From the NCBI RefSeq assembly GCF_001194135.2, contig NC_068988.1:82636940-82700638 (forward strand): a stretch of 63,699 bases of DNA, read 5' to 3'. A model generated the notes under the pieces. That model saw nothing but the letters and a program-made list of their open reading frames with translations, made no database searches and was not told the origin of the DNA. Numbering within the stretch: position 1 is the first letter of the stretch; each line of letters begins with the position of its first letter. This stretch comes from Octopus bimaculoides (lineage: Eukaryota). Positions 51,565 through 63,699 of the stretch are shown here, piece by piece. The position numbers and the translations under genes were made by a program.

Positions 51565-51945
51565 ACAGTGCTATATTTAAGAGATGAGGAATTATGTACA
51601 TTATTTACATTACTTACATTTGACGGATATTTGTCCTCATCCTGTTAACACGTTTCAGACATATGGCATAGTGGTTAAGAGCACAGGCTACTAGCCCCAA
51701 AATTCTGAGTTCGATTCCAAGCAGTGACCTGAATAATAATAATAATAACAACAACAACAACAACAACAACAACAATAATAATAATAATAATAATAATAAT
51801 ATCGAAAAATACTTTAGGAATGAGAACCAGGTTCGAAATTTCCCCAAGACACCTGACGAAGGCTGGAGGGTATATCAGCCGAAATGTTGTGTTAACAACA
51901 AACAAGATGAGGACAAATATCCGTTAAATGTAAATAATGTAAATA
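51563..51945 (+). mobile_element. Solo PLE terminal repeat: inverted 3' piece, tRNA-like head, (AAT/AAC)n and hammerhead motif
   Basis: Homologous to 37790-37990 and 36091-36370; A box 51664-51674, B box 51707-51718. Confidence 0.8.
51848..51893 (+). ncRNA. Minimal hammerhead motif, one core-adjacent substitution
   Basis: GACAC-CTGACGA-A-GGCTG[10 nt]CAGCC-GAAA-T-GTT-GTGTT; the 36134-36179 copy has GAAAC. Confidence 0.6.
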
Positions 51946-52260
51946 ATGATGATGATGATGATGATAATATGTATATATGTATGTATTTATGTATGTATGT
52001 ATGTATGAGTGTGTGTGTGTGTCTTTGCTTTTGTGTTTGTCCCCCACTATTTGTCGAGTGGTGTTAATTTGTTTACATCTCTTCAAGGTGGTGCTCCAGC
52101 ATGGCTGCCGTCCGATGACTGGAAACAAGTAGAAAATATAAATGAAGGATAAAAAATATTTAATGTGTATGGGTAATTGCGAGTATATGTGTATGTGAGT
52201 GTGTATGTATGTGTATATGTGTGTGTATGCATGTGTATGCGTGTGCGTGTGCATGTGTGT

Positions 52261-52350
52261 GCATATGTGCGTGTGTGTGCATATGTGCGTGTGTGTGCAT
52301 ATGTGCGTGTGTGTGCATATGTGCGTGTGTGTGCATATGTGCGTGTGTGT
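52261..52350. repeat. 18-bp minisatellite (GCATATGTGCGTGTGTGT) x5
   Basis: Direct reading. Confidence 0.9.
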
Positions 52351-52359
52351 ATGCACGTG

Positions 52360-52452
52360 TGTGTATGTGTTTATGTGTATGTGTGTAAAATTTAAAAAAC
52401 AATGACAATCTATTCTTTTCTAAGTGTCTTATATCATAAGTTTCTCTCTAAA

Positions 52453-52496
<44 letters not shown>

Positions 52497-53265
52497 CTTT
52501 TTTCTTTGTCTTTTTTGGTTTGATGCCGAAAGTTTGGTTAGAATTTTCTGGTTTGTTGTTAAAGAACTGGAAGTTACTTTTACATTTATGTTGATTAATC
52601 TATTACTCTAGTGTGTGTAATTGTTCCCAACACCACCACCACCACCACCACTTTCATCAACATTAGTACCAACAACAACAACAACCATTGCATTCTATGA
52701 TAATCAGAGTAAAACAGAAATTGGAGCCAGAAAAATGATAGAGCAAAAATTCCTCTGGAGCCAGTTCTCGTTGAGAAATGGTAGAAAAGAAATAAAAAAA
52801 ATTATGGAAACTCTTTATCAGCATTTAATAAATAATCCTTCCACACGTAAGTTTAAACACGTATTTGTATGTGTATGTTTGTGTAGTTTGTGTGAGTGTG
52901 AGTGTATGGTTTACGTGTGTGGTCTGTGTGTGTGGTTTGTGTTTGAGTGTCTTTGTGTGCATGTGTGTATGTGTGTGTGTTTGTCAGTGTAACAATGTAT
53001 GTTTTTGTACATGTGTGTGGATGTGTGTATGAGTGTATGTATGTATGTTGACATGATAATGTATGTTTCTGCGTGTGAGAGAGAGAGAGAAAGTGTGTGT
53101 GTGTGTGAGAGTCAGAGAGAGAGAGAGAGGGTGTGTGTTTGTGTGTGTTCTCTGAAAGTATGTTTGCGTAACAATATATGTTCAAGTCTGAGTATGATTG
53201 GAAATTTGACATTGTGCGCGCGCGAGAGAGTGTGTGCGCACGTATGTGTACGTGTTTGTGTGTGT

Positions 53266-53305
<40 letters not shown>

Positions 53306-53700
53306 CGCTATAAGTATGTTTGTCACTTATTTTTTGAATGAGTACATATCAGTTTATGTGTCTAAATGTATACATACATGTATGACTATAAGTGTATATG
53401 TGTACTTTCTCAGTTACTACGTCTTTATGTTAGTATACATATATATTAAAACGTCTACGCATATATGTTTATATGCCTGTGTATATACGTTCATGTGCTT
53501 GTGTATGTATATGTTTATAGATATGCATGTATTAATATTAGTATTTATCTGCGCTTATATGTTCCAGTGTGTATTAATGTACTTGTTTGAATCTGTATAT
53601 ATATCTATATACATGATTATACGTGAATGCACATACACAAGTGTACATGCATGTGTACCAAGGTCCATGAAGATAGAGGCGCAGGTATTTTGGTGCATAA
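52360..53700. repeat. Degenerate (GT)n/(GA)n/poly-T low-complexity region
   Basis: Direct reading; similar tracts at 59160-60450 and 62560-63699. Confidence 0.75.
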
Positions 53701-54052
53701 TATGTTAGAGTGACACACTTCCAACACAAGCCTGCAATAATCCACAGAATTCATGTTGCCAAAATTTCCCTGTGTCAATGACCACCACACGTGTCCTCTG
53801 GTCATTGATTATTCCACTATGTTGATGATATAAGCCTTATCTCTGCTTCACAATGACAAAGCATGTGTGTGTGTGTGTGTTCATTCATATATATATATAT
53901 ATGAATGAGTAAAAGAAGAAAATAGAGAAATTGACATTTAGACATCAGTTTATTCAAAGATATTCAAATCAATATTACATGAAATTCTTATCCCTACAGC
54001 CGTTTCCCCATCCAGTTATATATTTATATGTATGTAGTCGCAGATATAGATG

Positions 54053-54118
<66 letters not shown>

Positions 54119-54399
54119 CAGAAAGACAGACAGATAGCCAGATGGATAGGAAGACAGGCAAACTGAAAGACATACAGACTGAAAGACAGACAGACTAAAA
54201 GAAACAGACAGACAGACAGGCAGATAAGTAAATGCTTAGGTAGACAGACAGACAGAGAAACTCAATCATTCAGTTGACAAAATCCACAATTACAAAAGAA
54301 CTCAATGTTGAGTAAAAGAGTAAGTTTCTTTGATTCAGTGTTTCCTTACAAACCGGTCATTATGCTTCAACTACCATTTTGGTTTTCTAGAAATGATGA

Positions 54400-54972
<573 letters not shown>

Positions 54973-55339
54973 CACAAGAAAAACTTTTGCTATGGTCAAA
55001 TATTTTCTACAGTTAACAACATGGCCTGGCTCTCCATTGGCTATGACAAGTGTTCCACCTGCACATGAAATTAATGTAGGTGGGGGTCAAAATGGTTTAA
55101 TGCAGATTTTATATGTAGGCTTAGAGAGTTGTAGTGCATCTGTACACAACAGGTTCATTGAGGTCAATTTTGTTTTTCATCCCTTTGGGGCTGATAAAAC
55201 CAGTTGAACATTGAGGTTGATGTAATTGACCTAACCACTACCTCCAACTAAAAATTGCTAGCATTGTGTCAAAATTAGATAGATTTATTATTATTAAATT
55301 TTCTTGAATAGCACCATTTCATTGAAGAAAATCCTCTCA

Positions 55340-55530
55340 CAACATGTTTCCAATTTGTATTTCTTGTTGCCATTGAGGATAACACAGCTACATCAGTCAT
55401 TGGGAATAATTACTTTCTGCATTCACTGATTAACTGAGTATCTACTGTAGTAACTACATATTTTGATGCTTTTAACATCTCAGCAATTATCTCTGGTGGA
55501 TTTGCTGCTTTCCTTGCTTTCATCTCATTT
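55340..55530 (-). mobile_element. Old RTE RT-proximal fragment
   Basis: Minus-strand MKARKAANPPEIIAEMLKAS resembles the RTE MK.GKA.GP..I.AEMLKA motif. Confidence 0.5.
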
Positions 55531-57636
55531 TTAGAATTACTTACCAGGCCTAAACTAAGCTTGGGCCACTATTTGTTGATTTCACTTAGAGTAGTTACTC
55601 ATTATACCACTCATATACTCCTCATTTAACAGCAACACATATTAACACTTACAAGCCTCTTTTTTTTTTTTTCACTGTTAATGAGGTTAAGTACACAAGT
55701 GTTGTTTCTGACACACTTCTTTCTAATGGCATTTTGGTTTATATGAACAGATTGTTTTGTAATTACGATTTTGTGTTTATTAGTTAAGGGTGGAGAAGCA
55801 GAGCCCATGACATTTACAACCCAACTCCTAGCTCCTACCTTCCACTTCTGACTGTAAATCAATATTTGGAGGAAATTTCAGAAGGTTGCAGTTCTGTGAG
55901 AGAAGGACTGGAAGGCATAGAGTATTGGTGGTACATGACACTGAGTGTAACTAGTCATAGAGAAACAGCTAAGCCTAATTAGAAAGTGTATGTAGTAAGC
56001 TAGTTTAGAAATGCAGTCTGCTTTCACTTGCACATCTTACATCTAATTTACTTCCAAATCTTCATTAGATGTTATGGAGTCCTGGGTCAGAGGCAGGAAA
56101 GCCAGTACTTTTAGGTTCCCAACAGTAAAAATATCAGCATAGCATTCAACAATAAGCTCTGAACACTCTTTGAGATCGTCAGACATCTAAGCTGAGTGGA
56201 GACTGCAGAGAGACTTGGCAGGAGAGTCAAGCACCTGTTTCAAACATATATACTTCCAGGACACTTAACATCAGGTATCCTAGAACCTTGTACTACCAAT
56301 TTCTTCCAAAAAAATAAGGATAACAGTGGCACATCAGAGAAATGAGCCCCCATGAGGTGGAATAGCTGCTGCAACAAGCGTCACTGGTCATTCTCCACAG
56401 CAACACCATTGTGGTCATTACCATGGGGCACAGCTGAGCACATCATTTGTTCTGGTGTATGTGGTTCATTGCTCCTCTCCCTTCTTCTGCTTTACACCCC
56501 ACTTTTTTCTTTTCTTTTCCTTTCTTATCTCTTCGTTTTTTTCTTGTTTCTTTGTATTTAAATGTTATAAATAAACATATGGTTTTCCAATTGGGTAAAA
56601 ATTATCAGGCTTTACTATCCATCTTCAGAACATTTTACTATCCCCTTTACTATAGCTGCTATATATTATTCAAAGTACTGCCTTTTTGTGCCCTATTAAG
56701 CTATCTTCTACTATCATCAGTTCTATGTAACATATATCTAGGTTCAACATCATGTTGTTCCTTCATGTCAAGGTGCATTGCTGCTGTCTCCCAGATTGCA
56801 GTCTTGGGGTTTCTAACACATTTGCATGGCACTGATGCTTTGCATGTGACCCAAATTGAATCTAGAGTGTGCTGAAGGATGGGTATTAACATTCTTGGAA
56901 TTGTAAAATGTAAGCCAGTTCGGGTTCTGTGATTTAGTACAAGAAGTATTTCAGTCAAATTCTTTCCCATCAAAACAAGCAGTTTTCAGATACTAGTGAC
57001 ATGACCATTTGAGCGATCAAAGTTGTCTAAAGGTTTCTCAGCTATAAGGCTGATAACAGATTCAAGAGTAATGGTAATTAGTAAATCCATAATGTTATTA
57101 CCTCTTGAGGGCTAAATGATTATATGGAAACCACTAAAGCAGAGAAATCATTTGTGTTTAGTGGTCAGTGAAAGGTTTACCAGTCAATCCTAAGGCAGTT
57201 GAAATCACCAGTAATGAAAACAGAGAAAGTTAATTTTGAATGCTAGGGAAACAGTATAGCATTTCCTATCTGTGCTTAGGTTGTCTATCACTTCATTTGA
57301 TTATAACCATAGCCCCAGTAAAGGTGAAAGAATCATGTCATTCAGTATCAAGCTAAGATTGAGAAAATCATAGAACATATAAATAAAAGACCAATGTGAA
57401 TTTTATTGTGCTGTAATAACAATAAATTCATGTCTTGGTTTGATTAAATTACAATTATTTTTTTTTATTTTTAGATCAGCTCAGCACCTGTGAATGAAAT
57501 TCTTGAAAGAACTATCTTTATAAAATTATTGAATGAGGTCTTAAAAGTGATAAAAGAAGGAATGTCGCCTCTTTCTCTCAAACAAAAAGCCAAAAGGTTT
57601 GTGAACTTCACCCTCTTCTACTTTTCTTCTATATTT

Positions 57637-57674
57637 TTCTGCTGATGAAGGACTAGCATCTGAAACATCAAGAG
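57637..57674 (+). ncRNA. Degenerate minimal hammerhead motif
   Basis: CTGATGA(57642-57648)-A-GGA[CTAGCA]TCT-GAAA-CATC; consensus would be GAAACGTC; stem I imperfect. Confidence 0.4.
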
Positions 57675-57755
57675 TTTTTCTCTTCCTTTTGAACATTAAG
57701 CTAACATATTCATTAAAATTTTTCCTTCCTGTGTTGTCTTTCATTTTGTGTTCAT

Positions 57756-57798
<43 letters not shown>

Positions 57799-58689
57799 CT
57801 ATGTATATCATTCAGTTGAAGTTACATAAATGAGTCTAGAGTCAAGAATTTCATACATTGCATTTGTGAAGCTATTTGATATACTAGCAAATCTACAATG
57901 GAGGCATAAAATGAGGGAGGAAAGTCATAATAGCAGTATGTATTGAGAAATGGACTTGATAGATTACTGGGTGATGTCTTAAAGAAATCACATTATTCTT
58001 GGTGAGACAGCATTCTATTGCAGCTATATGATATGTGTTTGCGACTGTGAAATGTGATGACGATTCACTTCCAAACTGAAATAGGTTCCCAGCCTCTCAC
58101 TCCTGATGAAAGCCAGAGCTTCCCTCGACCACTACATAAAATGTATTAGGAAAAAATTATATTTAGATATACTTTTATTTTAGTTGTTTACTCTATTTTA
58201 CGCTTGTCTATATTCTTATACATTCAAAGTTCGCAAATTTCTTTATTTAAATTATGAATCATATTCCTTTTGATAACATCAATATGATTACAAAACTTCT
58301 TTGTAGATGATATTTTCTGTTTGGTCGACACTAATTTTCAAATTACTGGAGTTCATTGCTCTACTCATAGCAATGTATAACTGGCCATGTGTAAACATCA
58401 GAGTGGATAAAAGTACACTCACATAATCTAAAGTCTGGCCCTTTACCTTGTTTGCTGTGTATGTGTAAGCGGATTCTTTAGGGTTGCAAAAAAATCAAAC
58501 TAAGACTTACTTCTCACTATTTTATGTGAATAATGTCTGGATGTTCTGGTACCATGGGTTATTTTGATTGACAAAACTGAGATGTAAACAACAGCCACTT
58601 TGATTAGCCATTTCGAATCCTGCTCCAGACTGACACATTTCAGTAACCACTAAATAATCACACACACTTTTTCCATTTTATTTTTACTA

Positions 58690-58989
58690 TTAACCATCCT
58701 TGCAACTCCCTTCATATCTATGATGGGGCCACAAACTATATGATGAAAATCTAGAGTCACTTGTGGTCGGTGAATTTTTAATGAAAATGCGAAGCTGGTT
58801 TATCAATTCAAAAATCAATATCCATGAAATAATCATACTTTCTGATTTTTTAATGCTAAACACCTTCCTGGTGACCATCTTTGTAATCTCGAAAAATATT
58901 GTAACCACTGTTCCAACTGTCTGGCCATGAAGAGGGAACAAACAAAGAGACGGACAGACAGACGGACATAATGCCCATTATAGTAAGAT
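58690..58989 (+). mobile_element. Possible non-autonomous Helitron/Helentron-type (DINE/Lep1-like) element
   Basis: AAACACCTTCC core, (GACA)n near the 3' end, terminus TTATAGTAAGAT. Confidence 0.4.
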
Positions 58990-59393
58990 AGCAAATCTGC
59001 CCATCTACGATGGTAAATAAAGGGATAGTATCACAACTCTAAAGACTCTAAATTCACGAACTATAAGGGGGGAAAATCCAGACTTAATCCTCATCACTGG
59101 AATTTTAACAAAAAAAAACAATGGGAAGTTGGCTTTCAGCAAGAGTGGTAAGGGAGACAACAGTAACCTGGCATTTGTATGTGTGCATGCACAAGCATGT
59201 GTGTGTATGTGTGAAGCTAATATGTGCATGTGTATATGTGGATATGAGTGCATACACTTGTATGTATGTGAACAACCATGTATGTGTGTGCAAGTGTATG
59301 TGTGTGCGTGGAAGTGCATGTGTGTGTGTACGAAAGAATTTGTATGTATATACTTTGTGTGCTTTGTATATGTGTGTATGTCTATATGGGTGG

Positions 59394-59770
59394 AGGCGCA
59401 ATGGCCCAGTGGTTAGGGCAGCAGACTTGCAGTCGTGGGATCGCAGTTTTGATTCCCAGATCGGGTGCTATGAGTGTTTATTGAGCAAAAACACCTAAAG
59501 CTCCACAAGGCTCTGGCAGGGGATGGTGGCGAACCCTGCTGTACTCTTTCACCACAACTTTCTCTTACTCTTACTTCCTGTTTCTGTTGTGCCTGTATTT
59601 CAAAGGGCCAGCCTTGTCACACTCTGTGTCATGCTAAATATCCCTGAGAACTAAGTTAAGGGTACACGTGTCTGTGGAGTGCTCAGCCACTTGCACGTGA
59701 ATTTAATGAGCAGGCTGTTCCGTTCAGATCAGATCAACTGGAACCCTCATCGTCGTAACCGACGGAGTGC
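59394..59770 (+). mobile_element. tRNA-derived SINE, family A variant tail
   Basis: GGCGCAATGGCCCAGTGGTTAGGGC head; tail shared with 28090-28390. Confidence 0.75.
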
Positions 59771-60749
59771 CACATATATGTCTATATGGGCATGTGTATG
59801 CATGTGTTGGCTATCTGATGTATGTGTGTGCATATGAGACTCTCAGATACATGCATGTGCAAGCATGCTTGTGTATGAAGCTATCATGTGCATTATATTA
59901 TATGCATTTAGTGCATATTTGTGTGTATGTGAGCATGTGTTTATACATGTATATTGTGTGTTTATGTGTGTGTGTGTGTGTACAACAAGTGTGTGTGTGT
60001 ATGTAAGGGCGTTTGTGTGTGTGTGTGTGTCCTGTTATCAGTTGGTGTGTGTGTATGAGGCTATTGGACAAAGTGTGTGTGTGTGTGTGTGTGTATGAAG
60101 CTGATGCGTATGTGTATATACTGTGCATTTGTGCATGTGTGTAAATGTGTATAGGAGCTTGTATGTATGTGTAAGGCTATCTGACATATGTGTGTGAGGT
60201 AGGAGGATGTTAGGTGTGTCATCGCGGGTAGAGATATTGGGTGGAATAGAGGTGACAAAAGCAGTAGGTGTTAGAAAGTGTGGGTACATGATTGTATACT
60301 TATTGCTGTACGTGTGAGGATGGATCTGGTGCTGGTGTGTGTGGAATGGGATCGTGTGTGTGTGTATGTGTGTGTGTGTGTCTGTGTGAGTGTGTGCTTG
60401 TATGTGTGCTAGTGTGTATGTATATGCAATTTGGACAAGTATGGTGCGTATGGTGTGAGCAATAAGTTAAACTGTATGGTAAGTGGTGGTGGGTGGGTTG
60501 AAGTTGAGGGGAAAGAAGGAGGTAGGAGGTGTGGCCTGTGAAAATGTGTGTGGAGTGAGGTTTAAATGAAGTGGGGTGGAGAATTAAGGCTATAAGAAAC
60601 AGAAGTATGGAGAGAGAAAATTAATTCCTGCACAGATAGAGGCTGGAGTGTGGATGTCCTCCATGCAAGGCCAGTCCAAACACAGACAGATGTTACAAGG
60701 AATGACTAGACAAACAGAAATGGTGCAAGACCGAAGTGTTGTTCCTGTG

Positions 60750-61130
60750 ACTTACTCTCTTATACTTGTTTCAGTCATTTGACTGCGGCCATGTTGAAGC
60801 ACTGCCTTTAGTTGAGCAAATCAACCCCAGGACTTATTCTTTGTAAGCCTAGCACTTATTCTATCGGTCTCTTTTGCCGAACTGCTAAGTTACGGGGACG
60901 TAAGCACACTGTTGTCAAGCGATGTTGGAAGGGACAAACACACACTCACACACACATATATATATATACATATATATGGCGGTCTTCTTTCAGTTTCCGT
61001 CTACCAAATCTACTCACAAGGCTTTGGTCAGCCCGAGGCTATAGTAGAAGACACTTGGCCAAGGTGCCATGCAGTGGGATTGAACCCGGAACCATGTGGT
61101 TGGTAAGCAAGCTACTTACCACACAGCCAC
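60750..61130 (-). mobile_element. SINE family C, full length with internal microsatellite
   Basis: Head at 61130-60975, (TA/CA)n, 3' module 60950-60750. Confidence 0.8.
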
Positions 61131-61374
61131 TCATCCTTTCTACTATAAGCATATGGCCTGAAATTCAGGGTGAAGAGAATAACCAATCCCTTGCACCTCA
61201 GTACTCAACAGGTACTATTTTATTGACCCTGAAAGGATTAAACACAAAGTCAACTTCAGCAGAATTTGAAGATAGAATGTAAAGGTAGATGAAATTCTGC
61301 TGAGCATTTTGTAGAGCATGGTAATGACTTTGCCAGTTCACCACCTTTAATTATATAATTATATAATTATATAG

Positions 61375-61800
61375 ATTCTTTTATTCTTTTACTTGTTTCA
61401 GTCATTTGGTTGCGGCCATGCTGGAGCACCATCTTGAAGAGTTTTTTAGTCAAAGAAATCAACCCCAGGACTTATTCCTTGTAAGCCTAGTACTTATTTT
61501 ATTGGTCTTTTTGCCAAACTGCTAAGTTACAGGGACATAAATGTACCAACACCAGTTGTCAAGCAGTGATAGGAGGACAAACATAGACACAAAGACACAC
61601 CCATAGAAATATACATACATATATATATATTTATATATACGACAGTCTTCTATCAGTTTCCGTCTACCAAATCCACACACAAGGCTTTCGTTAGCCTGAG
61701 GCTACTGCAAAACACACTTTCCCAAGGTGCCATGCAGTGGGACTGAACCTAGAACCATGTGGTTGAGGAGCAAGCTTCTTACCACACAGCCGTGCCCATG
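61375..61800 (-). mobile_element. SINE family C, full length
   Basis: Same architecture as 60750-61130. Confidence 0.8.
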
Positions 61801-61927
61801 CCCATGAAGTTGTTTCTTGTTGAAAGGCCTACACAAATAGTTAAATTATAAATCATTGGTGAAATTGTCTCTCTTCTGCATTATTTAGGTTTCTATCCAT
61901 ACATACACAGACACACACTCACATGAG

Positions 61928-62258
61928 GAGACCCCTTCGATCATGAATGACCATGGGATTGCTCCTAGAAAGTTACCTTCCCAGGCACAAGTCTGGGCAA
62001 GATTGTTTGTGGAAGGCCAGCAGTGGCCCATGCATACCAGCCTCCCCTCTCCACGCCACTGATGTTATCCAAGGGAAAGGCAAAGGCCTATACAGCTTGG
62101 TACCAAGTAATGTCGCAACTCATTTCTACAGCTGAGTTAACTGGAGCAACGTGAAATAAAGTGTCTTGCTCAAGAACACAACACGCAGCCCGGTCTGGGA
62201 ATCGAACTCACAACCTCACGATCGTAAGCTCGATGCTCTAACCACTGAGCCATGCGCC
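61928..62258 (-). mobile_element. tRNA-derived SINE, family A, full length with CpGs retained
   Basis: GGCGCATGGCTCAGTGGTTAGAGC...GAGTTCGATTCCC on the minus strand. Confidence 0.88.
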
Positions 62259-63637
62259 TTCACACACTCACATACATTCAAATATATATGTGTGTGTGTG
62301 TTTGTGTATTTATAAATACGTGTATGTATGTATGTATGTAGTCCACAGATGAAGTCCTGAGATTCTCCGTATAGGAGACACTTAGTAGTGCCCCAAAAGA
62401 TTCAAACTTGGACTCCAACGTCTTTGCAGGGAATTGATTCCACAGGGTAAAGAATGGCTGAATAAGGGATCAAGTTGAGCGGATATAGAGGCAATTATGT
62501 AGGATATTTTCTATTTCATACCCCAACTTGGTAGCAAGGTTGTGAAGGAAAGTAACTTGTTTTAACTATTATCCTTTAAATCTTAAGAAGATCTTGCAGG
62601 TTTTTATTATGTATGTATGTTTGTATGTATGTGCATATAAATAAACATATATACATATACATATGTATGTATGAATGTATGTATGTATGTATGTATGAAT
62701 GAATGAATGTGCATCTGTGTATGTGTGTCTGATTCTGTATATAAAATTATCTATTATCATTCTAGTACATATTTTATATATTATAGTAATGTTTTTTTTT
62801 TCAATGCATTATTGGTTATATGTCTTAGTTTATATAATACCTCCATTAACATTTGTCTGTGTATCTAGGTTTGTGTGTGGCTGTAGGGGAGAGGAAAAAG
62901 TAGCTCTATGCATATGTATAGTGTTTGGTGGGTGTGTATTTATGTATGCGATTATGTGTAAATGTAACTATGTACATATATAGTATGTGTGTGTGTGTGT
63001 GTGTGTGTATGTCTGTGTGTGTGTGTATATCAGTGATTAACTATGTATGTATAGTGTATGTGTGCATGTGTGTGTATGTGTGTGTGCGTGTATGCTTGAG
63101 TGCATGCAGTAAGATGTATCTATATATGAGTGTTTGTGCACGTGTATAATATGGTTTACATGTGTAGCATATGTGTGTTTAGAGATGTGTAGTGTATGTA
63201 TGTGTCTGTGTGTCTGTGTGCATGGATGTGTGTGCATGTGTATGTGTTTTTGTGTATATGTGTGCATGTGTGGCAGGAAATAACTATGTATATGTTGTGT
63301 GTGTGCATGAGTGTGTATATGTGTATGAGTGTATGTGTGTGACTAAAATTATCAAAATAAAAGTATGTAGTATGTTGTGTGTGTGGCAGGGAATATCTAA
63401 ATATGTTTGCGTATATGTTTATAGTGAATGCCAAGGAATACTCAGGCATGTTTATGTATGTAGTGTATGTGTAAATGGGAATACTTATGTGTTTGTGTCT
63501 ATGAGTGTATGTGTGCTTGCATGGTTGTGTGTCTAAAGAATAATTAGTGAATTTTTAATTAAATATATCAGTAAAACCCTATAAGCTGTATGTAATTGTA
63601 CCAGTAGACATACATATATAATCACTTATATGCACAT

Positions 63638-63699
<62 letters not shown>

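Noticed and set aside
53775-53808. 10-bp hairpin TCAATGACCA/TGGTCATTGA
   Set aside because: Isolated and short, no supporting context
55900-57300. Possible old LINE remnant
   Set aside because: Higher GC than flanks but I could not read a convincing motif in any frame
58103-58120. CTGATGA-A-AGC..GCT
   Set aside because: GAAA absent
62346-62390. CAGATGAAGTCCT...AGGAGACAC hammerhead-like string
   Set aside because: Needs three or more core changes and stem I does not pair

Overview
AT-rich, microsatellite-laden animal genomic DNA from a gapped draft scaffold (N-gaps at 664-1019, 2391-2496, 4893-5242, 7514-7523, 12010-12286, 24727-25250, 38676-38883, 47126-47135). The repeat landscape (tRNA-derived SINEs, RTE tails, CDICGK-type C2H2 fingers) suggests an octopus; this is inference. 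One host coding exon is supported: the large first exon of a long-isoform TSC22D1/bunched-like gene on the minus strand (23375 or 23348 to 21841), ending at a GTAGGT donor. I could not find its TSC-box/leucine-zipper exons in the window. The rest is mostly transposon-derived: three mariner copies, one Tc1, several MITE families, RTE, L1/Tx1 and RTE-X-like LINE fragments, several Penelope-like element (PLE) fragments, many SINEs and a decayed C2H2 zinc-finger array. The most interesting signals are RNA-level: minimal type-I hammerhead ribozyme motifs (near-canonical at 371-454, degenerate at 36134-36179, 51848-51893, 57637-57674), and a PLE terminal repeat that carries a tRNA-like Pol III head upstream of its hammerhead and also occurs as a solo non-coding copy. 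Hammerheads in PLEs are known; whether the tRNA-head plus hammerhead unit is undescribed needs a database check. Many repeat boundaries are approximate.
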